DNA of 64,000 bases from Malacoraja senta. Lineage: Eukaryota. Both the position numbers and the translations under genes were made by a program. Of the stretch, positions 23,176 to 36,510 are shown piece after piece (the stretch's first letter is position 1; each line of letters starts with the position of its first letter). The notes beneath the pieces are model-generated. The model saw only the letters and a program-made list of their open reading frames with translations. It did not search any database and was not told where the DNA came from. The DNA lies in contig CM075996.1 of the NCBI GenBank assembly GCA_038087875.1, positions 3,536,001 through 3,600,000 of the forward strand, given 5' to 3'.

Positions 23176-26100
23176 CGTTTTGGGATTCTGTAATTGCAGT
23201 ACAAAGGATATGTTGTAAAGTCTATAATAATGAATCGATATTTGGGATGTATTGTAAATTATGTAATAGCCGCCCAATAAGTAGATGCTAATGCTTGAGT
23301 GTATAATAATCACTCACTTTACAATATGTACCTATGAATCACACCGTGGTAAATATATCAGAGCATATCATAAAGTTGGCACAATAAATAGATACATTTT
23401 AAAATATAATTATACAATATAGAGAAGCATTCTGTAAAAAGACAACATATTAAGGGCATAATCTAAAGTATAAGACAACCAGTAAATATATTGGGCATAT
23501 TGTAAAGTATACTCTAGACATTGTATATTGGAGTGGATTGTAACATGCATACTAATCATTAATATGTAGGGCACATTGTATCATTGCTTGATATATAGGG
23601 GCATATTGTAAAGAATATAATAACTAAAAAGATAGAGGTATTTTGAATCATATATTGTAAACCTGTTAAAGAGTCGTTTTGTAAAGCATATAAGAATTAT
23701 TTAACAAATATGTGCATATTGTCAAATATACAGAGGTGGTGGCCCATCGGTAATGACGATGGCGTGTTGTGCAGTCACAATTCTGAGTTCTAACATGACT
23801 CACGAGTCCAGGGCTGCACAAAAACCTGTGCGTGAATGGGTTTAAGGTGGAGAAACTGTTGCACTGTAACAATCCTTTGGCTTCGTTTCCATTCTGTTAT
23901 TTGGCTTCCACTTCTTTGCTTCGGCTTCTCGTCTTTCAGTGCCACGTCTGCACACGTGGTTTCACAATTGCTGCTAGTCAGAGGGTGGTGATTGTGTGGA
24001 ATTCTTTGCCGCAGAAGGCTGTTGAGGCCAAGTCAATGGCTATTTCGAAAGCAGAGATAGATAGATTTTTGTTTAAGAAAGAACTGCAGATGATGGAAAA
24101 ATCAGAGGTAGACAAAAATGCTGGAGGAACTCGGGAGGTGAAGCAGCATTTATGGAGAGAAGGAGCATCTATTGGCCAAGTTTCGGGTCGAGACGCTTCT
24201 TCAGACTGACAGATAAATAGATTTTTGATTAGTACGGGTGTCAGGGGTTATGGTGAGAAGGCAGGAGAACGGGGTTAGGAGGGAAATATAGATCAGCCAT
24301 GATGGAATGGCGGAGTAGATTTGATGGGCCGAATGGCCTAATTCTGCTCCTATCACTTATGAACTTATGAACCCCATCCTCTCGGCCGCAGAAGTCAGAG
24401 TCCAGTGGTACGAAAAATCATCACGGCTGGAGACTTCTTGGCTGCAGTGGATGGCCATGTTGTCTTTAGTGCTCTGACTGGCCCTTCACATTCCACAGTG
24501 CGTTGCTGCGTTGCCTTTCCAGCCGTTGGTTCATAAAGATCTCTTCCGCCTGGTCCGCCAAAGCAGACTTTCCATGAAGGATGAGCATGTCCCATAGGTT
24601 GAACTGGACTACATGGTACCAGTTGCAAGGCTACACCTTGACCTGACAAGTATACAGTACACCATACATAAGCGCATTATGATAATATAATATAAAGAGG
24701 CATGCAGTATTGTAATACATAATTGTCATCCTACATCTGGGTACATGCTCTGAAGAAGCATTTATTATATTGGACATATTGCATATGATATATAATTGTC
24801 ATTCAGTATGTGCACCTTGCTCAAAATATTACTCAAAACAGGAGTTCATATTGTGAACCATGTTAACAGATGCCCAATATCTATCCACATATTGTAAAAT
24901 ATGCAATAGTCACTCAGTTTATAAGGGAACATTATGACATCTAATAATAGACACTCAGCACATTGGGACATGTTGTGAAGTATATAACAGGCATTCGGGG
25001 TACTAGGGGTATTGCAGAATCTCAAATTGTCACTCAACGAATTGGGGCAATTAATGATTCAATTAAATGGTGACAAACAGGAAAACTCTGTGAAGTGTGT
25101 CGAAACAAGGAACTGCAGAGACTGGCTTACAGAAAAGACACAAAGTGCTGGAGTAACTCAGTGGATCAGGCAGCATCCCTGGAGAACGTGGATAGATAAC
25201 GTTTACCAACCAGAAAGGTCACCTACCATGTTCTCCAGAGATGCTGCCTCACCCACTGAGTTACTCCAGCATTTTGTGTGTTTTTCTGTAAACCAGAATC
25301 TGCAGTTACTCCAGCATTTTGTGTCTTTTCTTTTGTAAAGCATGTAATGCGCAGTGCATGTACGACAGTATGACCTAGAATGTAAAATAGCATAATGTAG
25401 GCACTCAGTAAGTAAGTGAATATTGTAATCTATTCGTATATCTGTGCATTTAACAGTGTAAGAAGAACTTGTTATACGAGACATATTATAAAGCATTTAA
25501 CAGTCTCGGTATGCAGAGGTATAGTGAAATACATAATAGTGACTTTGTGAGCATAGACAGATTATGGATTATATACTGGTTTCTTAATATTGCCTCCAAT
25601 AGACACTTGATATATGGGGACATTGCAAATGCATAATAGTCGATGGACGTAGTTTCAACTTCACTGAGAACATTTACATTAGGCAGTGATTATTAAAAAA
25701 TAGAGTGTTTAAATCTGGAGGATATTCCAAAGTTACTCAAGTAGGGTATCGTGTAAAATATGCAGAGATTACAGTTATAAACAGGGGTTTAATGTCTAGC
25801 ATAAACAATAGCCATTCAATATTATAGGGGTATCATTAGTGTATATAATTCACAGTTTGTGGGGGCCAAGGACTGAATAGTGACTAATTATGAAAAGCAC
25901 ATAAGAATGGCCAGGTATTGCAAGATGCTGTATCATACATAACAGTCATGAGCTTAATATTTTGCTGTATATTGTGCAATATTTAACGGTGCTTGACATA
26001 TTGGGAATGGTGTGCATTTTTTTTATAGCAGCCAGAGCCATTTGTACATGTATAGCACCTTCAATGTAGCAAAACATCCTAAGCTTTTTTCAAGAGAATT

Positions 26101-27594
26101 ATGGACTACAAGGGAGACACAGGAAACTATAGATGCTGATCCCAAAAATGGACACAAAGTGCTGGAGTAACTCAGCATGTCTGGAGTACATGCCAAGGCG
26201 ACGTTGCGAGTTGCAACCCTTCAGTAGAGTGAAGAAAGCTGGAAGGGAGGTGGGGGCAGCACACAGCCTGGCTAGAGGCAGGTGGATATTGGTGAGTGGG
26301 TTTTTTGGATTGGCAGATGGTTGGACAAAGACCAGAGATGAAAAGACTTAAAAGTGTGAGATAAGGAGATGATGGAAGAGGTGTGAAATGTGAAGCCAGA
26401 TGAATGAATAGAGGAGGGAGGGATGGCGAAAGAAAGGGAAGGGAGGAATGGGTGCGCATCCAGATGGGGCAGGAAAGAGAGGGGAAATGAGGGGAGGTGG
26501 GGGTTGTGGTGTTTGTAGGTTAGTTATCTAATATTGGATGTTACATAATAATAATGTTCATATCGTTGGTTTGTAAGCCTGGGGTTATAAACTACAAGAG
26601 TGCAGGATGTCGGATGGCCAAAAGCTTGTTTAAAGAGGTGGGAAACGTGGTTCTTAATATGCAGAGCGAGCGGTGGATGAAGTGACCCATTTGTGAAAGA
26701 GTATTATCTCATCTACACCTGCTTTCATTATTTAAAGCATTTGATTCCTCATTACAGAAGGAATTATTTAATGATTAATAGCGAGTGAGTTAGAATCATT
26801 TAGCGAGAGACTTGATTAGTTGATTGAATTTTGCAGGAATATGGTGCTTATGTCTATCTCTGTGTATCATATATAGCAATTCATTTCCCCATAAAATTAG
26901 ATCAAACTTTGATACCATTTGTACCTCTGTAACTCACTCCCAGGCAAATATATATCATTGTCTTTTGAGATGGTACTCAAACGTGATATGTACCTAAATC
27001 CTTTTATTTTTAGAAATGATTGTTTATACTTATCAAATATTTCCCTGCAAATGCTGAAGGAATTCTTGAAGATGCTGTGCAGAGGTGATGGTGTAAATGC
27101 ACCATTGAAGACCAGCTCATTGAAGCTGACATCGTATTGCAACGAGTAGTGACACATTGCAGCTGACCCAATGGAGAATTGACTGCTTGCACTTGGAGCA
27201 TTAAAATAAGCCACAAGGAGAAGATGCGTTGAATATAAAAGAGATATAGATTGCCAGTGATTTATAATGTACAACCGTGTTGTAGGAAGCAGAAACACAT
27301 TTATTTAATAAGATTTATTTTAACAAGATATTTAAAAGGGGCGTGAAAATCTATCTGTTTAGAATCATGGAGGAGATGCTGGTCACCCCATAACAACCTA
27401 CTTATATAGAACATAGAACAGTACAGCACAAGAACAGGCCCTTCGGCCCACAATATCCATGTTGAACATGATGCCAAGATGCCAATACCATCTCTTATCT
27501 ACCTGCACATAATCAGTATTCCTCCATTATCTGCATATCCCTATGCTATGCTTAAAAAAGAGCTCTTTGATCAAGATGTCTCCACACCTTTCAG

Positions 27595-27908
27595 GTGCAA
27601 CAGCTGGTGGAGCTGCTGCCTCATTGTGCCAGAGACGCAAGATTCGATCCTGACATCGGTTGCTGTCTGTGTGGAGTTTGCACGTCCTTCCTTTGACCAC
27701 ACGGGTTTCCTCCGGGTGCTCCGGTTTCCTCTCACATTCCAAAGGTGTGCGGGTTTGTAGGTTAATTGGCCTCTGCAAAATTTCCCCTAATGTGTAGGGA
27801 ATGGATGAGAAAATTAGATAACATAGAACAAGTTGAATGGGTGACTGATGGTCGGTGTGGACTGAAGGGCCTGTTTGAACGCTGTATCTTATTAAACTAA
27901 ACTAAACT
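27595..27908 (+). mobile_element. V-SINE (HE1-like)
   Basis: B box GATTCGATCC; V-domain GTGGAGTTTGCACGT...GGTTTCCTCCGGGTGCTCCGGTTTCCT; CR1-type tail with (TAAAC)n. Confidence 0.8.
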
Positions 27909-28984
27909 ATTTCTAATATCTCCTCTTTTGCACAGTGCTGTCATCCTCTGATTGTACATGAGAGATGTTTCATGGTGTACCACTTTCTTGATTATATGTA
28001 CGTGACATTGCATTGCTCGGCAATGATGAGGAGGCCTGCCTGACTTCCATGTACATTGACCCATAAAGGACAAGAAAAACTAAAATGGTATATGATAGAC
28101 GGAGAAGTCAATCCAGCCATTAAAAGATAGTTACAAAATGCTGGAGTAACTTCAGAAGAAGGGCCTCGACCCGAATGTCACCCATTCCTTCTCTCTAGAG
28201 AAGCTGCCTATCCCGCTGAGTTACTCCAGCATTTTGTGTCTATCTTCAGTGTTATCGAGCATCTGCAGTTCCTTCCTACACATTTTATACCTTTGCTCAG
28301 AATTCAAGTGTTCTAGCGATTCCAGGATTTAAAAAAATTGTGTACTTGTAAATCTAAGTGAGATAGTCAAATAGCAGAAAATTGTTTTCTGTAGTGCAAC
28401 GGTTTTCTGCACTGTGCAAAATAATTTATTCTTAGTTCACGGGGAGTCCAGTCTTTGTTCTGGTTGTTTGTGAGTATATGGACACATGGTGGAAGGTGTC
28501 AGGCATGTGTTTGGATATGACTTCAATTGCAAGTGCATGATGTATAGGTTAATTGGCCCCTGATATGTAGAGAGGGGATGAGAAAGTAGGATCAGATAGA
28601 ACTAGCCCCCTTGCAACACTAATCTAATGCATCTTTTTAGGCGCTAAAGGATTTCCAGGCCAACCCTTTGAGCAATAATGCATCAGTTATTCTCCATACA
28701 TGCTGCCAGTTTTGTGGCAAATTTGTTTGTGTATTTTGAATGTTAACTATGTATTTTTGGAGGTTTGGATATTTCTTGATGTGTGTTCACAGTGGGCATT
28801 GTATAACACTGGGTCAATAGATATCTTTAAGCACTCCTAATTCAAGTGGATGGTGTGTGTTTCTTCTTGTATATTGCATGCTTGAATGAATCACATTTCT
28901 GTAGATAGCTAGATTAATACCTTGGACTGTGGTGTGCCTCCACTGTTGAACGATGCTGACTGAATGTCATCAGGTAAATGGGAT

Positions 28985-29345
28985 CAAGTCAAGTCAAGTC
29001 AATTTTATTTCTATAGCACATTTAAAAACAACTCTCGTTGACCAAAGTGCTTTACATTAGTGTTTAAGAAGGAACTGCAGATGGCTGGAAAATCAAAGGT
29101 AGACAAAAGTGCTGGAGAAACTCAGCGGGTGCAGCAGCATCTATGGAGCGAAGGAAATAGGCAAAGTTTCGGGCCGAAACCCTTCCTATTTCCTTCGCTC
29201 CACAGATGCTGCTGCACCCGCTGAGTTTCTCCAGCACTTTTGCTTTACATTAGTGCAGGCACTCGCGTCCTACAAACAGTGGTACATAGATCAACAATAC
29301 ATACATACAGCACTCCCTCAGAGGACCTCAAGAAAGGCTTGAGTA
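28985..29345 (-). mobile_element. L2-like 3' end with a nested palindromic PLE insertion (29063-29240, 15 bp TSD TGCTTTACATTAGTG)
   Basis: (CAAGT)n tail; TTTATTTCTATAGCAC...AAAGTGCTTTACA is an L2-type 3' end. Confidence 0.65.
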
Positions 29346-29689
29346 TATAATGTGGGAAGACTTGCTTCATCCTTAGTTCTCTCTACATCGAGCTGGTGAA
29401 ACCCAAGCTGGCATTTCTTGTTCTCTTAAAGTATCTAATCTCTCAATAAAGAACTAATTACCATTTGGTTTGTGTAAAATTGATAATTGCCATTGTGAGC
29501 TGTTTGACCCGGAGGGAGTTGCTGAGTTGACCAGTTGACAAGACCCAGTTCCAAGGCTTGGCTTCGAGCAGGTGAACCGTGGTCATAGTGAGTGGGAACT
29601 TTGTCATCGTAATAGGTTGGATGGGGTCGGTGGGTGCGTCACCAAACCAATGCATGTGTCCACCACCACACACAGGCCTTTATGGACAT

Positions 29690-30260
29690 AGACAATCATA
29701 GCATCATACAGCGTGGAAACAGGTCCTTTAACCCAACTTACCCATATGATGACGAAGATGCCCCATCTACATTAGTCCCATATACCTGTGTTTGGCCCAC
29801 AATCCCTCTAAACCTTTCTACACATGTTCCTGTCCAAATATCTCTTAAATGTTGTTACAGTATCTGCCTCCACTATCTCCTCTGCCAGCTCATTTCATAT
29901 ATCCACTGGAAAAAGCTGCCCTTCAGGTTCCTATTTAATCTTTCCCCTCCCACCTTAAACCTATGACCTCTTGTTCATGATTCTCCTATTCCAGGTAAAA
30001 GACTCTATGCGTCCATCCTATCTATTTCCCTCATAAACTTATACACCTCTACAAGATCACCCTCATCCACCTGTGATCCAAGGAATAAAGTCCTAGCTTG
30101 GCACAACCTCTCCGTATAGCTCAGGACCTGCAGTCCTGGCAATGGCCTCGTAAATCTTCTCTGCACTCTTTCCAGCTGAATAACATCTTTCCAATAGCAG
30201 GGTGACCAAAACTGAACACAATACTCCAAATATGGCCTTACCAATGTGTTGTATCTCTTG
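29690..30260 (-). mobile_element. CR1 3' region (older subfamily)
   Basis: ORF 30005..30502 YNTLVRPYLEYCVQFWSPCYWKDVIQLERVQRRFTR. Confidence 0.85.
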
Positions 30261-30305
30261 AATATTTTGACATGTACATACAGAGGAATATACGAACCTA
30301 CACAA

Positions 30306-30900
30306 AGTGTAGGAAGGAACTGCAGATGCTGGTTTACACAGAAGATGGACACAAAATGCTGGAGTAACTCAGCGGGGCAGGCAGCATCTCTGGAGAGAAG
30401 GAATGAGTGATGTTTCGGGTCGAGACAATTCTTCAGACTGAGAGTCAGGGGAGAGGGAGACACCGAGATAAGGAAGGGTAAGGTGTGAAAACGAGACATC
30501 AAAGGAGATGAAGTTCAAGGAAAAAGTAGAATTGAACATTGTTAGCTAGCAGAAGGTGAAAACGAAGCAAACAGAGATAAAATGTAATTCAGGGGACAGT
30601 CAGATGGGTCGGAGAATTGGGAAGGGGAGGGGATGGAGAGAGAGGGATAGCAAGGGTTACTTGAAGCTAGAGAAGTCAATGTTCATACCGCTGGGGTGTA
30701 AGCTGCCCAAGCAAAATGTGAGGTGTTGTTCCACCAATTTGCGCTGGGCCTCACTCTGACAATGGCCCAGGAAGCTCAGGACAGGAAGGTCAGTGTGGAA
30801 ATAGGAGGGGGAGTTAAAGTGTTGAGCAACCGGGAGATCAGGTAGGTATAGGTTTAGGCGGACTGAGCGGAGGTGTTCAGCGAAACGATCGTCGAGCCTG
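30306..30900 (-). mobile_element. 5'-truncated Penelope-like element
   Basis: Same layout as 18348-18890; 13 bp TSD CGAACCTAC(A/G)CAA (30293-30305, 30901-30913). Confidence 0.85.
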
Positions 30901-32884
30901 CGAACCTACGCAATTACGCACTCACACATACAAGCTAAATCTACAAAGGGCTTTTTGGTTAAATATAGTTTGAAACATTAACTTAAGCTCCACAGCCACG
31001 TGAATGCATTAAACACCAGGGCCTTGTGATTAATATACATGCCCCATACCCGTGGAGTGTTAGGAGGGAGCTATGTGGCACTGATACAATTAAAGTGCAA
31101 TGTTCCCCACCAAGACCTTGGCTAAAGACTAAAGACTTCTCCTCAGGACTCCTTTTAAAAAGAAGCCAGCTGTGGAGTATTATAATTAGTGCTCCCATCC
31201 CTTTGCCTTTGCTTTCTTCTCCGTGACTATTTCTGTCGGGTTTTAAGGGTTTCTTTCTTTTTAAATAGAGCAAGAGGCTGGGAGTGTCTGCTCCCCATGA
31301 GAGAATGAGGGAGCATTGGTAAAATGTAATCATCAGCTTGGGCATTTGCAGCTATCCTGTAGCTCAAAATATTGGATTTAGTAATCACCCAGGCTGAATT
31401 TTCTAATATTTAATTTAGAGATGCAGCCTGGAAACAAGCCCATCGTCCCACCAGGTCCACGCCAACCATCGATCACCTGTTCACACTAGTTCTATTTTAT
31501 CCCACTTTTGGTGTTTTCTGAGTCATTCGTAACTGTCACTGTATGTCATGTTGTTACTTGTGGGCGGAGCACCAAGGCAAATTCCTTGTATGTGAATACT
31601 TGGCCAATAAACTTACTTACTTACTTTCTCATCCACTCCCTGCACAATTTTACAGAGGGCCAATTAACTCACAGACCCACATGTCTTGGGGATGTGGGAG
31701 GTAACCGGAGCACCCGGAGGAAAACCCACGCAGTCACAGGGAGAACGTGCAAACTCCACATAAGCAGAACCCGATGTCAGGATCGAACATGGGTCTCTGG
31801 CGCTGTGAGGCAGCAGTTCTACCAGCTGCACTATTGTGCTGCCCTGAATATTATTCATTTTCAACCATTCTGTGTCACCCCTTCTGACGTTACTCCCTCC
31901 ACCATCCCCATGTTCCCACAGATAAGATTTAAACAATCCACAGATTAATGATTTACTAATATTTCAAGATAATATTTTTAGTAATATTTTGACCTGTTCA
32001 ATGTTTCAGATGTTCAACCTAGTTCACATTCTTTTGAATCCAAATATAATTCGCAATATTTCTAGATCAACATTAACATTATTTCCTAGATTTGAGATGT
32101 TCATTCTGTACCATAGAAGTCTTCATGAGTCTGTAATACTTCTAGATTCTACAAAGGCCGGAATATTTTATTTTTCAAGAGTCAAGAATGTTTAATTATT
32201 GTATGCCCTGGAAATGGAACAATGACATTCTTGTGTAGGAAGGAACTGCAGATGCAGGTTTACACCAAAGATAGACACAAAATGCTGGAGTAACTCAGTG
32301 GGCCAGGCAGAATCCCTGGAGAAAAGGAACAGGTGAAGTTTCGGGTCGAGACCGTTCTTCATTCTTACTTGCCTTTACGGGCACATTAACGCAATAATTC
32401 AATAAATAAATATTCAACAATACAATATATTATCAGTAATACTCAGTAACCCGACCGCTGAAGTAGTGCGCAGTGTGACCAAAACCAAAGTCCATAGTAG
32501 ATCGTTGCTGAGGTTGGCGTGTGGTTTGGGTTCCCATTACAATATTTATTGCTCTTTAATATGAGTGCACGAGTGATGTTTTATTGTTTGTGGCATTTCT
32601 TGATTTGAGATGTTCTTCCTGTGACAGTTCTGAAACTAGATGCTACGATGACAGTATTTTTAGATGAGATCTTCCATTGTGAATGGTCCCTTGGGTCGAA
32701 CCTGTAACGTTACCAATCTTGAGGTCCGAGCTAGTTTGTAAACCACTTCAAGCACTGAGATGCGTAGCCTGAGGGATCTCCAATTATGAGGTTCAATCGG
32801 AAATAGATAGACTTTAGAGATGCACCGCGGAAGCAGGCCCTTTGGCCCACCGAGTCTGCGTCGACCAGCGATCAACCCGTACTA

Positions 32885-33292
32885 TGTGTATGAAGGAACG
32901 GCAGATGCTGGTTTAAACCGAAGATAGACACAAAATGCTGGAGTAACTCAGCGGGACAGGCGGCACCTCTGGAGAGAAGGAATGGGTGACGATTCGGGTC
33001 GAGACCCTACTTCAGACTGATGTCAGGGGAGAGGGAGATAGATAAGGAAGTTTAAGGTGTGAAACATGACAAAGGGAATGGAGATCAAGGAAAATGTAGA
33101 ATAGATCATTGTTAGCTGGGACAAGGTGACAAAGCAAACAGTGATAAAAATGTAGTCGGTGAGTGGTCAGGGAACTGGGATGGGGAGGGGATGGAGAGAG
33201 AGGGAAAGAGCAAGGGTTGAAGTTAGAGAAGTCAACGTTCATACCGCTGGGGTGTAAGCGGCCCAAGCGAAATATGAGATGCTGTTCCTCCA
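32885..33292 (-). mobile_element. 5'-truncated Penelope-like element nested in a V-SINE (~32810-33510)
   Basis: EEQHLIFRLGRLHPSGMNVDFSNF within ORF 33012..33512, followed by 3' UTR and a hammerhead-like core. Confidence 0.8.
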
Positions 33293-33579
33293 TTAGCTCT
33301 ACCTCACACACCATGGACAATTCCGAATTTTTTCCAAAGACAATTAACCTACAAACCTGTACGTCTTTATAGTATGGAAAGAAACAGCAGCACCGGAGGA
33401 AACCCACATGGTCACAGGGAGAACGTGCAAACTCCGTACAGGCAGCACCCGTTGTCAGGATCGAACCCGGGCCTCCAGCACTGTAAGGCAGCAGCTCTAC
33501 CACTGCGGCCACTGGCCACCCCTCAATTTGAAATGTTTATTCATTTTAAGTGTGCGTAGGTATTAGATTATACTTACAT

Positions 33580-33905
33580 TTAGTTTAGTTTATGGTTGTC
33601 ACCTGTATCGAGGTGCAGTGAAAAGTCAGGATCACGCTCTAGCTGATGAAAAGACCGTTCCATTGCCGGGTAACAACTGGGAAGGAATTGTTTCCGTATC
33701 TGGAGGGATGCGTTTTGAAACTACTGGACCTCCAAGCTGATGGGAGAGGGTGAGAAGAGGGAGTAATGGGGTGAGACTGGTCCTTGATTATGCTGTCGAC
33801 CTTGCCGAGGTGGAGCGAAGTGTAGACGGGAGTCAATGAAAGGGAAGCTGGTTTGCGTGATGGTCTGGGCTACGTCTACAACTGCCCGCAATTTCTTGTG
33901 GTCTT
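33580..33905 (-). mobile_element. Rex1/Babar-like LINE 3' fragment
   Basis: ORF 33639..33836 SIIKDQSHP...PLPS...NSFPVV; related fragment at ~38510-38645 (DPTHP..LFSPLPSGRRY..RLCNSFFP). Confidence 0.65.
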
Positions 33906-35577
33906 GAATGCGTAATACAATTATTGTGTAAAAATATCTAGATTTATCTTTTTTGTAATTTGCAATTTACCAATTTACGATGTTCAGCCTACAGTGTTTT
34001 CTATAGTAAGTGTCCCTTAGGGTGTACAGTAACTTCCAATTTTCAATGTGATATCTGTACTTCTAAATGCAAGCAACTCATTGGTATAAATTTAGTTTTT
34101 AGATTTAGAGATACAGCGCGGAAAGAGGCACTTTGGCCCATCAAGTCCGTACCGACCAGTAACACAATCCTACACTAGGGACAATTATATCTACCAAGCC
34201 AATTAATCTGCAAACTTGTACGTCTTTGGAGTGTGGGAGGAAACTGAAGTTCTCGGCGAAAAGCCGTGCGGTCAAATGGAGAACGTACAAACTCCGTACA
34301 GACAAGCACCCGCAGCCAGGATCGAACCCAGGTCTCTGGCGCTGTAATGCAGCAACTCTACCGCTGCGCCACTCGTCCAGAAATCTGGAAGTTGTTTCCA
34401 GATTTGGTCTACCTGTAATATTTTATCATTGTTAGCAGTCTATGACAACTCCACAGGTGCCAAGATTCACCTGCAGTGTCTTTTTAGATTTGAGGTTTAA
34501 TCTCCCAGCATGTAAACTTTCTGGACACAATGATAAATGGGCACTACCTCCGAGATGAGACATGCAGGAAAGCACTCGTCGCAGATGTGAAACTCAGCCC
34601 ATGATATCTGTAATATTTCCACCTTTGAATGTGATATATCTACAGTTGTGATGTTTGACTTGGTAATTTTTTTTATTTTGAGATTTTCTATGTAATATTT
34701 CTATATTTGGGTTATTCAGTTATGGAATTCATAGCCACAGACGGCTGTGGAAGCAATGTCAATGGATATTTGCAAGACTGAGATTGACAGATTCTTGATT
34801 AGCGAGGGTGTCGGGGTTTTCCTTGATCAGACTTTGCTGGCTTTATCTTGCGCTAAACGTTATTCCTTTATCATGTATTTTACACACTGTAAATGGCTCG
34901 ATTGTAATCATATATTGTCTTTCTGCTGTCTGGATAGTGTGAAACAAAAGCTTTTCACTGTGCCTTGGTACATGTGACAATAAACTCAACTGAAACTGTT
35001 ATGGGACAAAGGCAGGGGAATGGGGTTGAGAGGGAAAGGTTGATCAGCCATGATGAATGGCAGAGTAGACTTGATGGGACGAATGGCCTAATTCTGCTCC
35101 TGGAATTTATGAACGTGAATTATATAATTCCCTCAGGAAATCTCAGGATTTTGAAAGGATATGAGGACAAATATTATAAGGTCGAGATGGCATATGTTTG
35201 CTTTTCGTTGATGCCATTCCCATGCAATTGCTTCCCTTAGTCTACTGAGTGTTAGAGTTTATGGTTCTTCCAGGCACAGTCAAGAAAGCTTTGGTGATTT
35301 ACTGAGGCCACCTGTGTGGGTAGTACACAGTGCTGCCACAGTGTGTCAGTGGTGGGCAGCCAGTAGATCTTCAGGGTGTTTGAAGGGTCTTTCACTCAGT
35401 GGTCTGCTCTGTCCTCACTTAGGCTTCATTATGTGTAGGAAGGAATTGCAGATGCTGGTTTAAACATAAGATAGACACAAAAAGGCTGGAGTAACTCAGC
35501 GGGACAGGCAGCATCACTGGAGAGTAGGAATGGGTGACGTTTCGGGTCGAGACCCCTTCTTCAGACTCGATGACTTC

Positions 35578-35775
35578 ATAATAATAATAATAATAGATTT
35601 TATTTATATAGCGCTTTTCAGGACTCAAAGTCGCTTTACAATTGTGAGTCAGGAATAAACAAAACTAAATAGAGCAGTAAGACAGAGGGGAGGGGAACAT
35701 GGGACTAAGGGTATGCAGAGGTGAAGAGATGGGTCTTGAGGCGGGACTGGAAGATGGTGAGGGACTCAGACTTTC
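35578..35775 (-). mobile_element. L2 LINE 3' fragment
   Basis: ESLTIFQSRLKTHLFTSAYP C-terminus, L2-type 3' end and (ATT)n tail. Confidence 0.75.
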
Positions 35776-36007
35776 TATGGTCGTTCACAGGGCAGTGTTG
35801 GCTTCTCAGGTCTGAAGAAGGGTCTTGACTTGAAACGTTACCCATTCCTTCTCTCCAGAGACGCTGCATGTCCCGCTGTGTTGGTCCAGCATTTTGTGTC
35901 CCATCTTCAGTGAAAACCAGTATCTGCAGTTCCTTCCTACACACTTGTCTTCTCAGGTGATGCGTACAGAGGAGGATGTGATGATTAAAAGTAATTGGAA
36001 GGTTGGA

Positions 36008-36510
36008 GTTTAGTTTAGAGATACAACGCAGAAACAGGCCCTTCGGCCCAGAGTCCGTAACTACCAGCGATCCCCGCACATTAACACTATCCTACACTCA
36101 CTGGGGACATCTTCTTTTTGTGTCCATCTTGTTACAAATGTCGGCCTCGCTGCCATCGTCCGTCCTGAAAAGGACGCAAGCTTCTGGCGACAATCAGTGG
36201 GAGCCATCACTTGTCACAATAGATGGTGGTGGTAGCAGAATTAGCTCAGGATACTTCCAGTTTCCAGCCCCGCGACGTGGACGCTTCTGCTATGGGGCCA
36301 CTCACCAGGGACAACTAACATTTATACCAAGCCAATTAACCTCCAAACCTGTACGCCTTTGGAGTGTGGGAGGAAACCGAAGATCTCGGAGAAAACCCAT
36401 GCAGGTCACGGTGAGAACGTACAAACTCTGTACAGACAGCACCCGTAGTCAGGATTGAACCCGGGTCTCTGGCACTATAATTAGGCAGCAACTCTACCGC
36501 TGCGCCACCT
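36008..36510 (-). mobile_element. V-SINE (HE1-like) with ~190 bp nested insertion at ~36109-36298
   Basis: Head GGCGCAGCGGTAGAG on minus, V-domain and (AAACT)n tail; insert flanked by imperfect repeat CACTCAC..GGGAC. Confidence 0.75.
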
